From NCBI GenBank assembly GCA_051362555.1, contig CM120640.1, forward strand, positions 27,552,503-27,616,502: 64,000 bases of DNA, written 5' to 3'. The notes under the pieces are model-generated. The model had not been told where the DNA came from, searched no databases, and saw nothing but the letters and a program-made list of their open reading frames with translations. Positions 1 to 35,273 of this stretch are shown here, piece by piece (position 1 is the stretch's first letter; every line of letters starts with the position of its first letter). The position numbers were made by a program, and so were the translations under genes. This stretch comes from Lingula anatina (Eukaryota > Animalia > Brachiopoda).

Positions 1-1736
1 CTCAACTACACCAGTCAATGGGACAGAATGCATCAGTGAGTTAACAATATCTTTGTATTAGCCCAAGTAGTTAATGTACTAAACATGACAGTCATTATAC
101 AATTCTGCTTATTATGCGCATGTACAATGAATACATAGGAAATTGTAAAAAAAAATTATTTCACTCATAAAACTATTAATATCCAGTAAGGGTTTTTTGC
201 CATGAAGTGATCTTTGGTTGGGACAATGGTGCTTTTTGTTGAAAAGCTAAGAGGGGTTACGTAAACAGAGAAAGGACTGTTTTACAAAGGGCTTACCGGT
301 TTGTCAGCCAAAAATGCTTCAAATTGCTCACAATTCTTGGACAGCTTTGAGATCATTGATTTTGTTTGCCATCAACTTGGGATTTTCAATTAACCTTTTT
401 TCTGTCAGACTGCAAGAACAAAATTTAAAAACAATTAATTCAGGTTCATCAGCATGGCACAACACCTTCAACAGAAGTTACCTGTTGATAAAAACATTTG
501 CACATTTTTGGGCATCCTTAGAATAACTTTTTCAGACAAAAATGAATGCTCACATGAAAATGGTGGTTGCTCACACTCTTGTGAAGACACCGTCGGATCA
601 TATGAGTGTAAATGTCCAGCTGGATACTCTTTATCAGACAACGGCCATGACTGCATAGGTAAGTTCATTGAATAAGTACAGTGGCCTTTGGTGATGGCTT
701 CTTGATCAGCTTTAGAATAATACATTGAAGTATACAATTGAAATCTGTTATCAGCAAGGTATAGGTTGTTACATGTCATAGTTTCCTATCCTTGATTACT
801 TAAAAATTGACTGCCTTCCACCTTATGCAGGCCCGTAGCCAGGGGGGGTTCGGGGGGTTCGAAAGAACCCCCCCCTTTTTGCTGGAAAAAGGTCCACTTT
901 GGGTAAAATTTGACCTAGGTACATGGGGATTATATGGTAAAAGGTCCACTTTTTCAGAAATAGAACCCCCCCCTTTGAAATTGCTGGCTACGGGCCTGTT
1001 ATGGTTAATTGTCGTCTGTTCCTGACATTATCTTTCATTGAAAGCTCTTGCAAACTTTTATGGTATTGGCTACCTGTTAGTTTACCATATTTTTTTTACA
1101 GAAGATGTCCTCTGTTCTCAAAATTATGCTTCTTGTCAGCATGCATTCCCACTGAAACAAGGTAAGTTGAATTGGTAAACTGCCAAATTATTTAAAGCAA
1201 TGTTTACAGAAAAAACATGATACATTTGGCAAAAGTAGCAGTGTTTAAAAAATTTTTTATCGAAATTCAGTGAAAAGAACTATCTTATGCTGAGTTACTG
1301 AGAAGTGAAATGCCTGCCTCTGGTGATTCCAATGCAAACTCTTGCATTGCAAAACCCTTGCAGGAGCCATTATTACTGGTAGCTTAATAATATGTTTTAA
1401 ATTCCAGATGAACCGACTGATGCCTCCCAACTAAAGTCCTACATGTTGAATGCACTGACTGCTCTAAAAAGAAAAACTTCATCACTTTTGGTTTGGTTAG
1501 TTGTGTTGTCCATGCTCATGTTGGTGACTTTGGCTTTCTTTATTAAACAGCAGTACCTTTCATGCTGTCAACGACAAAAAACCAACAAGAGTTTTGATTC
1601 GATTCATAATAGTAAGGACAGTAACTGGTCCTTCTCTGTCGGTTCACAGACTTCTCCAGACCAATCTCAATCTGCTGTATGTAAAATGGCTGGTCATATG
1701 TCCAATCACCAAGAGATGGACAATAGGCATGTCTGA
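1..1736 (+). CDS. 3' part of a calcium-binding EGF-repeat type-I membrane protein (5' end outside the window)
   Basis: Exons <1-35, 536-658 ([41 protein letters not shown], a classic cbEGF module on a phase-1/1 123-nt exon), 1102-1161 and 1408-1736 (hydrophobic [20 protein letters not shown], then a short cytoplasmic tail and TGA). GT-AG sites are phase-consistent. AATAAA at ~1946. Confidence 0.85.
828..998. mobile_element. MITE with CAGGCCCGTAGCCAG terminal inverted repeats and 5-bp TSD
   Basis: 828 CAGGCCCGTAGCCAG ... CTGGCTACGGGCCTG 998, flanked on both sides by TTATG (823-827 and 999-1003). Internal repeated AAAAGGTCCACTTTT. Confidence 0.85.
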
Positions 1737-2697
1737 TCTTTTTCTGAGAGAAAATACTACGAAAAATTTGATTGTTAAGGCTGAACTGTTGCAATACTTA
1801 TTGTCAAGCTTTTGTTATTACTCTTAATTATAATTAATAGTGATGGAGTATCAGTTTGTTAAATGAACAGTCAATTATTTGATGATCTAATGCAATCAAT
1901 AGATGCTGATTTGTTACAGAATGTTAAACTCGTCCTGCATGCATGAATAAACTCAAGTTTGATATTACTCAGTCATGTTATTGTTTTTTTTCTTGGATTT
2001 TTTGGAATTAACTCCTCCTTTTACATGTTAACTTGGTCTCTAGAAAGTTCTTTGAAAAACAAACTGCTGCTTAAATTGTGTTTTACAAGTATTTTCCAAC
2101 AAAAAAATTATTTCTCAGTTTGAACATTAGTCTCATTTATGTAACTTGTTCTAGGTTTGTAGATTAATTTATTTTAATGTTATGTACTAAGTACCCGGTA
2201 AATAGTTCCTTTACAATTAAGAAATGGCAACTGAAGTTTGAGGACTCAAAGCTGCAAAAAGGTTTAATGCTTTTATTGTTGCTACAATTTTTCACTTCTT
2301 GCAAAAAGCAAACTTTGTGATAAGACAAATGGTGATAAATATTTGAATACTGTTCTGTGACAGAATCCACCAAATTTATTGTTACAAGCAATCTAGTTAT
2401 ATTTGACATCTTTGAAATAATTAACCCCAATTTGTATGTATCACTGAATACCCTGAGACAGTCCTCCAACAAAATATAAAAAATCATTGAGGTGAATCCA
2501 TACGTACCATAAAATGTTCATAATGAAACCAGTTCAATTTATCTATGAATTGTCTCTTTAAAATTTCTAAAGTGAATCCGTGTTTTTTTACAAAGGAACA
2601 TGTGCTGAAAAATAGTAATGGGTTACTAATAAATTACAAAACGTAACAAGTGTGATCACTCAAAGAAAAATCTAGAGGGGAACAGATGAAGCCCATT

Positions 2698-3806
2698 TTA
2701 ATAATCTTCCTGTGCTTTACAAGTGGGAATCAATTTCTCCATTCTTGGTTTTACTTTCTCTTTCACTTCTTTCACTCTTTCTAAGTTCATTTTTAGTTTG
2801 TGTTCTTTCTTTTCTAATTCATGGAGTGTTTCTGGAGCAAAAAGAGTTCTTATAACATAATCTATGCCCCTGTTAGTCTCGGGTATACGGGATTTGCACC
2901 TGCCAAATAAATAACTTTCAGATCCTAGTTTAGAAAACCTTGCTGATACCCAGTGACTGCGGTCTATTTGGGTCTTCTGTGACACTTCTTCGTCTTCCTT
3001 GTATACAACTTTTTCAACAACATCCTACAAAAAATAAATAAATAAATAAAATAAAAATAAATAAATAAATAAATAAATAAAAATAATCACTTTAAGTTTA
3101 GTACAGAATGGTCTATGACAATAACTTATGGAGTACTCAACACACTTACAAGCAAATAAGTTGTTCTGTATGAGCCTTTTTTATAACATTTTCAAAATAC
3201 ACAATGCCGATATGACGTTAATCATAACTTGAGTAAACCTTAAGATACTTTGATCAACTGACTTACTGCATAAGTAAGCATGTCTACATTTCTTGTGTAA
3301 GTGGTGCATTTTCTTGTTTCAAGATCCACCTCCGATTCCTCCAGCACAAAACAGGTGTCCTTGCCTCGAGTAGCCCAGTGCACAACCCCACGCAGGAATG
3401 AAGGGATAGATTTTAGTTGGACCTTTTTTATAAGCTTCTTGGAATAGAGTTTACCATTCTTGATTTCCCTGTGAATTACATCTTCAGAAAGTATGTGTGG
3501 GCTAAAAAAAATAATTAAAAAGTTCTACAGAAATAATTACGTGACAAACATAATTTTATGACTTCTTTTCTAATACAATATTCCTACAAACAATAATGTC
3601 ACACATACTGTGTCTAAACTTAAAAAAAAATCACTGCCAGCAGTTCTAGTTAGACCTAAGCCTCTCAGTCTAGCTATCTAGAGCTTTATCGATTAAGCTG
3701 TACTCTAGAAGTCTTACCTATAAGGATTTGGATACTTTTTCAATACTGCGGTCACAACCTGGTCCCACCGAAAGGAAAATGTTCCAAAGTCTTTTCCGAA
3801 CTTCAT
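2698..3806 (-). CDS. PRELID1: PRELI-domain mitochondrial intermembrane lipid-transfer protein, PRELID1/Ups1-like (~216 aa)
   Basis: Exons 3806-3718, 3501-3267 and 3024-2698 splice in frame: MKFGKDFGTFSFRWDQVVTAVLKKYPNPYSPHILSEDVIHREIKNGKLYSKKLI...CFVLEESEVDLETRKCTTYTRNV...VVEKVVY. WDQV..YPNPYS..H.L.ED is the PRELI signature. A likely non-coding first exon ends at 5739 (GTAAGT donor). Confidence 0.88.
3031..3085. repeat. (AAAT)n microsatellite
   Basis: Direct reading; it forms the polypyrimidine tract of the last PRELID1 intron on the minus strand. Confidence 0.9.
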
Positions 3807-4350
3807 AGCAAGTTTGCTGTGATAATCTGTATCATGGATGTAAACTGAAATAAGTAACGAAGTAAAAATTAACTAGATACTAGATTCAAGTTAAATTTTT
3901 CACATAGAAAAAAATTGTATAAGATAATAAGTACATTAATATACACAAACACACACACACACAAACATGGAAATACATATTTTCCTAATTTCATAGTGAG
4001 TTAAATTGACTAAAACTGAAATCCTCTCTTTCATCATTTTAATTTCAAGAAAGCAAACTGGAAATACCCTGATGCGTGTAAAAGTATTCCTGACAATCAC
4101 ATTCAAGAATATAAACCATAAATGCAGAACCTTGACTTGAAACAAACATTCATTAAAATTCTAGAACATAAAGCACTCCATTTCTATTACAAACATATTT
4201 CATATATATATAAAGCATCTTTTGTTGGAAAAATAGTGTGATCTAAGCCGATTTTTAAACTCGATCTGTATGTGTATTTTTGAACATGCATCACTTCTCA
4301 AAGTTTGAGGACAATAAGTGAAATAGTTTTTCACTTATGGTGTTTCAGTG

Positions 4351-5236
4351 CGGGTATGCCATATATTCCAAGGGTTTTATTGTTTCAAGGGTCTGACATT
4401 TTGAAGATTGAAGGAGCCAAGTACAAAAATCAACTGCTGTTCCAAGGGTTCGATATCCCTAAGGTTAGAGAGCCCGATATTCCATATGATTCTTAGTCAG
4501 AAGGTCTGCTGTTCTGAAAAAGGACAGCTGCACTTAAACGCAGTGTTATTACTTACATGTGCAGACAGGCGATTTAAACTGTAAATTTCGCAATGTGTGT
4601 GTTAGTATATTGGGTATATAGAGCAAATTCTTGATAGCAGTATATGTACTGCATGTTCAATTCCTATGGCTTCTGAATAGCAGACCTTCGGAGCAAAAGT
4701 CCCTCTGAACAAAAAACCTTCGGAGCAAAACCGGTGTGACTGAAATGCGCAATACACCGCAATACAGCGCAACACAGTGCAATACACTTCAAAAAATCAA
4801 ATCCAGTTGCAATTACACAAAAGAAATGACCGTTCCCAGCAAAGTAGGGTGATATAAAAACAACCTATATTACTAGGTAAGTAATATCGTTGAAATAACT
4901 TAACAAATCAGCAAGACTTTTATATTGTCGTGTTGGCAGCCATGTTGGCGAGTGGCTCTTCTTGGATATATTACTGGCCAAGAAGAGCTTTTCGCCAACA
5001 TGGCGGCTGACCAAACAGTGAAAAAATTGTCAAGTTGTATCAGCAATATTAATTACTATGTACTATATTTTGCTTTTATATCACCCTATTTTATTTGAGA
5101 TTACCCTTTCCTGTGTTTACTTGCAACTGGACTTGTGTTATCAAGTGTATTGCGCTGTGTTGCGCTGTATTGCAGTGTATTGCGCATTTCAGTCACACCC
5201 GAGCAAAAGTCCCGTCGGAGTAATAGATATGCACCT
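4351..5236. mobile_element. Degenerate MITE with subterminal repeats and candidate 8-bp TSD, host of a nested foldback element
   Basis: TTTCAGTG at 4343-4350 and 5237-5244. Left-arm repeats (TTCCAAGGGTT, CAGAAGGTCTGCT) mirror right-arm repeats (AGCAGACCTTCGGAG). Confidence 0.55.
4731..5200. mobile_element. Foldback MITE, near-palindromic over ~470 bp, with 8-bp TSD
   Basis: GGTGTGACTGAAATGCGCAATACACCGCAATACAGCGCAACACAG at 4733 is inverted at ~5143-5199. Further inner inverted pairs are present. GAGCAAAA is duplicated at 4723-4730 and 5201-5208. Confidence 0.85.
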
Positions 5237-5738
5237 TTTCAGTGTATCTCTGAAAGTGCACGGTAACGACAGCGACGACTGACATCGGGGACTGATATGT
5301 GTACAGAAAAGATATATATCTACGTAAAAATATAATTATTTTGCAATATAAATTAACTTACAATGTCAAAATACTTCTAATGCCTAATCACTTCCTTCAT
5401 GCAGTTTCACTTTCACAAACAACCCTAAAAACTGAGGTCGCGATCTTAAACACATATTAAACAAAGATACATTTTTTTTTTAAAATCCCATAAGGCGAAC
5501 CATTAATATTACAGTAAGGCGAAAAGTGCAAATTTTGGTCGGCTTTTTTTTGCAAAAAACGGGCTTCACGTGCATCTTTAGGCACGTGCACCGACCGCGT
5601 ACATGAAAGTAGTGGTACATTTAAAATTTGAAATTTCTGTACAGTGCAACGCGAGGTGGAACCAAAGACTTTTCAAGCTATTGAAAAAGAACATAGTTTT
5701 GTGTTAGACGTATCATTCAAAATGTATCTTGTACTTAC

Positions 5739-5930
5739 GACCTCTTAATTTTACCTTGCAATGAAACTCGGTTGATCGCCACCCAAGCTTCTTCCAGCTT
5801 GCGTTACGATCTCTTTTTCAAAAAATACAGCACTTTATAACATTTTCTAAACTGAGGCATTTATGCGGAGTATGTGAAGTCAAGGTCAAATTGTAACTAC
5901 GCAGCAAAAGAATTTGGACAAATGATTGGT
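5739..5930 (-). promoter_or_regulatory. Probable promoter and non-coding first exon of the PRELID1-like gene
   Basis: CpG-enriched stretch, GTAAGT donor at 5738-5733 and CCAAT box (GATTGG at ~5924). Splices to the acceptor before 3844. Confidence 0.55.
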
Positions 5931-7000
5931 CTAAATTAGCAAATTTCTCTTGTTTACAGTTTGGCATTTTCTAGGTGTGACACTGAAGTTCCATGGGCAT
6001 GAAGACCTTTGCTTATCACATTTACTAGTCACATTTTTTAAATATCCATGGTAGCTCTTCTGGAAGCAATGCAGTTCTTTATGAAATTTTCATTTTTCAC
6101 ATATTGGCATTTTCAGTGTGGGACTTGGGACTCCCACAAATGGTCATCAAATTTTCCAAATATTCATGTTACATACAGTACTAGTAGATAATTAAAATTG
6201 GGTGATTATGTTGTTAATTAATATGTAATATTGCATCAAAATTGACAAAAAAAAAAAAAAAAAAAAAAAACAAACAAACAATTTGTGCACTACCACCACA
6301 AACCCAGCGGGCAAATTATGTTGTTTTAACGTTGAAACAACGTTGAACCATAACGTTGATAATACGTTGGATAAACATTGGTTGACTCAACGTCAGGTAA
6401 CAACATTGTATCAACCCCAGTTGTTAGACAACATTCTTGCATGAAAAGACATTAAAAGGACCTGAACTGTTTTTATTTTTGGTACAAAACACAGGTACAC
6501 AATTATAAGGTACACTGTAAAAACATCCAAGTGCCTGCTTTGTCTGATTTTTTCAACGCATTTAGCTCCTAAGCATGGTACACCCTTTTAGCCTGGATGT
6601 GCTTAGCAGTAGGACATGTTTGATGGCTAAATATATGTAGGGTGTATATGTATGGTCTTTAAGTTAAAATTTCCAAGGTTTATATATATATATATATATA
6701 ACAAAGTCACAGTCACCTCAACCTGTCTATCTATTATAACAGGGTACCGAGAGCTGTCAACTTTATTAAACTCACTCCATCACATTTACAGCAACTTATT
6801 CATCCTAGTGTTAGCTGACCTTGCAAGGAATTCAGTTTATTGGAATGTATTTCTGAATAACAAGTTAAGAAAATTCACTAGTTCACTAAAGACACAAAAC
6901 AACTGTCACTTTTACTTTAAAACACTTTTTTTATTATTTTGATAAAGTTAATTACAGTATTGATAAACAAAGTATCACTTTTTCAATAAGTAATATTTTA

Positions 7001-9600
7001 AACTAGAGGATCAGAGAGGCGATACCGCCTCCAAATATTGTACCACCAGCTGGAGCAAGCTCATTCATGTAGACCCCCACATACACAAAATAAGGGACAC
7101 AGCCACCAGTTTTGTGCTTGACAAGCTGTAAAAATGCAATCAACAAGAATTTTTAAACTATTGCAAAAAATATATATGGTACAATCAAATTTAAGTTCTT
7201 CGTAAGGTAGGTCAAGGGTCAATTTCTCTGCCAGTTTTGGAGATAAAAGGGAAGCAAAATTTGCAAAGTTCAGTTTATGGTGAAAAGTAGGTCAAAGGTC
7301 AATTTTAAGGTCACATTTAGATTGCCAGTATATGACTTCCTATTCAACTTCAATAGTAACTATGGACCTATCTCTGCCAGTTTTAGAGATAAAAGGGAAG
7401 AAAAATTTGCAAAGTTCAGTTCATGGTGAAAAGTAGGTCAAAGGTCAATTTTAAGGTCACATTTAGATTGCCAGTATATGACTTCCTATTCAAGTTCAAT
7501 AGTAACTACTGACCTATCTCTGCCAGTTTTGGAGATAAAAGGAAAGCAAAATTTGCAAAATTCAGTTCATGGTGTAAAGTAGGTCAAAGGTCAATTTTAA
7601 GGTCACATTTAGATTGCCAGTATATGACTTCCTATTCAAGTTCAATAGTAACTATGGACCTATCTCTGCCAGTTTTGGAGATAAAAGGGAAGAAACATTT
7701 GCAAAGTTCAGTTCATGGTGAAAAGTAGGTCAAAGGTCAATTTCAAGGTCACATTTAGATTGCCAGTATATGACTTCCTATTCAAGTTCAATAGTAACTA
7801 TGGACCTATCTCTGCCAGTTTTGGAGATATATGACTTCCTATTCAAGTTCAATAGTAACTACGGACCTATCTCAGCCAGTTTTGGAGATAAAAGGAAAGC
7901 AAAATTTGCAAAATTCAGTTCATGGTGTAAAGTAGGTCAAAGGTCAATTTTAAGGTCACATTTAGATTGCCAGTATATGACTTCCTTTTCAAGTTCAATA
8001 GTAACTATGGACCTATCTCTGCCAGTTTGAGAGATAAAAGGGAAGAAAAGTTTGCAAAGTTCAGTTCATGGTGAAAAGTAGGTCAAAGGTCAATTTCAAG
8101 GTCACATTTAGATTGCCAGTATATGACTTCCTATTCAAGTTCAATAGTAACTATGGACCTATCTCTGCCAGTTTTGGAGATAAAAGGGAAGCAAATTTTG
8201 CAAAGTTCAGTTTATGGTGAAAAGTAGGTCAAAGGTCAATTTTGAGGTCACATTTAGATTGCCAGTATATGACTTCCTATTCAAGTTCAATAGTAACTAT
8301 GGACCTATCTCTGCCAGTTTTGGAGATAAAAGGAAAGCAAAATTTGCAAAGTTCAGTTCATGGTGAAAAGTAGGTCAAAGGTCAATTTTAAGGTCACATA
8401 TAGATTGCCAGTATATGACTTCCTATTCAAGTTCAATAGTAACTATGGACCTATCTCTGCCAGTTTTGGAGATAAAAGGGAAGAAAAATTTGCAAAGTTC
8501 AGTTCATGGTGAAAAGTAGGTCAAAGGTCAATTTCAAGGTCACATATAGATTGCCAGTATATGACTTCCTATTCAACTTCAATAGTAACTATAGACCTAT
8601 CTCTGCCAGTTTTGGAGATATAAGGGACTAAATGTTATAATTTTGGAGTTACCATAATGTGCCTTAAATTTTGTACAGAAAAAATTAATTAAAATAAAGA
8701 AAATGTCATTTTGGTCAAAATTCTTGAAATAGGAGGTGCTCTGAAGTTTCAGAAGTTCAAATTTGATGAAATAATGTCATTTTTGAACACAAGTTGTCTG
8801 CTTTGCCAAGCCTAATGTTTTATTTTTCCAGAGTTCAAAATTTATTATCCATTACCGTACTGCACATTTTGCTTTTACCACCAATATGTACTTTTTGATA
8901 CAGCGTAACTCGAAAACCGTATGGAATACAAAAAAACCGAGACCACCTCCAGTGTTGGGCTTTACATGCTCTACAAAATGCAAAAAAGAATGGGTCTCTA
9001 GCATTAACGGTTCCCGAATTAGAGACAGTTTTCAGTTTCCGTATCTTATGGCCGCTACTCCCGTGAAAATGCACCGATTGACCCCAAATTCATGGAGATG
9101 AAAGATGACCTGAAGGGTAACACTTTCCAATAATATTATTGGTTAAGTCTGTGTGGTGTCTGAATAACAGGGCAAAAAAATTTTTTTTCGTAAAAAATTT
9201 CATTTTTTTGAAAATTTTGGCCCATTTGACCTTGAAGTAAAGGTCAAAGGTCAAATCCAAGGGTATATTTGAAATCTACACATATGACTTTTGGAAAGCC
9301 GTCTATAGAAATTTTTCCCATAACTCCTTCCGTAGGGTAGATAATTAGCATTTAATTTTGCCATTTTTAGACAAGGGTGCATTGCAATGAGTGCCACACC
9401 CAGACCCCAATACCGACAAAGCCCAAATTTTACGTGGAACGAGTTGAGATTATAGGTGACCTAAATCCATGAGATGGGTACGGGGGGCCTTACCGTCTAG
9501 GAGGAGAAGCGGTAACGGTAGCCGTCCGGCGGAGCCGGCGGAACGATCCGGACGGGACCGAAACCATGTGTACCGCCAGCGCTAACGCTGGTGGTACAAT
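7001..9600 (-). mobile_element. Helentron-associated non-autonomous element (HINE/DINE-like) with internal tandem array
   Basis: Perfect 14-bp subterminal inverted repeat ATTGTACCACCAGC (7037-7050) / GCTGGTGGTACAAT (9587-9600). Hairpin TGTACCGCCAGCG-CTAA-CGCTGGTGGTACA (9569-9598). Terminal palindrome GAGGCG-ATAC-CGCCTC (7016-7031). The end reads CTAGTT on the minus strand. No TSD. Confidence 0.8.
7205..8625. repeat. Tandem array of ~9.5 copies of a 146-bp unit
   Basis: GTAGGTCAAAGG recurs at 7287, 7433, 7579, 7725, 7932, 8078, 8224, 8370 and 8516. The period is 146, with one 207-bp interval caused by a 61-bp partial duplication. Confidence 0.97.
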
Positions 9601-12034
9601 TACAATCCATGTCTGTAAGGTTGTGTCAATGACCAAAATACAACGTTGAGTCAACATCACATTATGACGGTGTTTTGATGTGGCTGGATCAAAGTTGATT
9701 TTACGTTGAATTTAGGTAGATCAACAGCAATTCAACATATCAACCTGTTTTCAACGTTGATCCAACTCGACTATGCCTGCTGGGAAACGTTATGAATGGA
9801 AAACTATTACTTTTTGTTTTGTAACTTACAAGAATGATACTTAATTAGGATTGAAATACAGCTTAAATTGGAAAGCCAGCTTCATTGGATTCTTTTTTTC
9901 CTGAATTTAGTTCTAAGCACTTTTTTGTGAAAGTTTCATTTTTGTCATACTAGCATTTCAAAGTGTGAACTTGAATTCTCATGGGCCTGAAGTATTATAT
10001 GCTAGTTATACACTTTATTTACATCAACCTGTTGTGCATAATTAAATTTTGGTGTTTACTTTGCATTAGTCTTTATTGTGCATCATTTTTTTTTCTGCTG
10101 TTTGTCTGTACATTTGACAGCTTTGCTGCCTTGTTCTCTGTTGCAAGTGAAATTCACCAGTCTCAATTTGGATACTTCTAGAGCATGCAATGCACGTATC
10201 TCAGTAGTTTGTACATACATATCTGTGGAATAAAAAAAAAACACACACAAGCATGTAAGTGAGAATTTATTACATTTCAACAATAAACATATTCAAGGCA
10301 ATTGTAGAGTACAATGATATCACTTTCTGACAGAAAATAAGAGTATTAGAAAAATTATAGGTACACAAAAACAAACAAACAAACAAACAAAAATACATAA
10401 ATGTGTCTGCAAGTTTTTACTAATGTAAAGAGTCCCACAACCCTGTTTATCATAAAATATCATTATGTTTATGAAATACGTGTTTAATTTTTACAATTTG
10501 ATGTCTTTTCCTCCTAAATGATTGACTTAACTTAGTTTCATGCATCCCTACCAGCACAGGTTAGTCATTCCCTTGTCAAGAGACTGACAGATCTACAAGC
10601 AGTAGATTTGTATTCAGTGTTTCAGGCAGTGAAAAAAATGTTTTGACAGGAAAATTTGCAAATTTTGTTACTTTGTGAATAGAAGAGGATAACTTATGAG
10701 TATACAAATTCAAAGCTGCGTATACTTAAAATTATACTTAAACTATAAACTGATTATTTATTTTCTAAATGCCATTAAGTCGCAGGAAAGTCAAAAGGCA
10801 TTATGCATGAGAGAGTTAGTTCATAACAAAAATCAAATTTAACACATACTCTAAGCAATAAAGAGGCCATATAAAGATTCAATACGCATTTAATGCAATT
10901 CTAATACACTCTTTCCAATTGTAAAAGTTACAAGTGATGTATTTATATCATCATCAAACATAATTCAACCGAATTAATCTTTTAAAAAGTCAAAATACAA
11001 CCTATGTTTTTATATTTGAGTAGGGCTTATTAACAAAGACATGTCAAAATTCAAAGATAATTTTCTGCAACCCATACCAATTTTAAGTAAGATTACAAAG
11101 AGCTTCAGCCATTTATTTAAGTGGATTGACTATTGATGCATAACCAAGGTATGTATGCCAGGATTGCCTGGGCAGGCTATTTATGAGATTATTGTTTTTG
11201 CTACAATCCCACTTCTGCAATTCTGCAATTCAAATTATGTTTAATTGTGACATATGGTGCAACACAACTGACTTTATTATTACTGGCCTCTTTCAACCTA
11301 CTTAAGGCCCTAAATGCTAAAGTTCTTAGCAAGGAGACAGCAGATGCCATATTTATTATGGTCTTTGGCTTGACCTTAGTGGGGTTTATAATTGATAGAT
11401 AGATGAGGTAATGTACAGGCTTCTAATATCAGACATTAACATCTTCTGAAAATTAAATAAAATGCCCGTTTTCATAAGAAAACATGAATTTAATCTATAT
11501 TTTGTTTTGTTAAGGGCATTTAAAGAGACTGGCATTAAAAAGGGATCCTTTTGGAATGTATGCTCTCTAATATAGTGCCTGACCATCAAAAATTGAGCCA
11601 AGAAAAATCAAGTAAAATAAATAGCGATTAATTGCACATATTTGTGAAACACAGGTACCACAATGTAAATATATTTTTTGTACATGAAGTGATAGTCCTA
11701 TAATATTGCTATAGAAGTACTTGGTAAAGTTTTGCAGTCATTAGGGAATGTTAAGCAGTGGATTAAGTATAGACTGTAAGTTAACTTGTATGCCAGAGTA
11801 GAATTTGAAGTGGGGTCATGATGCTTGGACTGAAAACTACAGACTGCTCAAAGTACATAATATTCTAGTCAAAATACAAATGTTGCCATTTACATTGAAC
11901 AACTTAACTATTCAAACGGGTTAATAATTCTGAATAATTCAATAATATTTTACAGCTTGGCATGGGCAATCCAACATCACAGTGTTCAATCTCTCTATGT
12001 ACTATAACCTTCGGAAGGATGACACTTTCCAGTT

Positions 12035-35273
<23,239 letters not shown>

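Larger units (their letters stand above)
6303..9784. mobile_element. Non-autonomous CMC/EnSpm-like element (CCCAGC termini, AACGTT subterminal repeats) interrupted by a Helentron-type element
   Basis: Left end CCCAGCGGGCA at 6303, right end TGCCTGCTGGG at 9784, AA on both flanks. Both arms are dense in CAACGTTG/AACGTT motifs. Confidence 0.7.

Noticed and set aside
5755-5860. Possible N-terminal extension of PRELID1 (MPQFRKCYKVLYFLKKRS*RKLEEAW...) by stop readthrough
   Set aside because: It needs both TAA readthrough and a weaker alternative donor. The ATG at 3806 already gives a full-length PRELI protein.
7205-8625. Possible CRISPR-like array or coding repeat (ORF 7770-8030)
   Set aside because: Units are contiguous near-identical 146-mers with no unique spacers, there are no cas genes, and the context is eukaryotic. 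The ORF is a by-product of the repeat.
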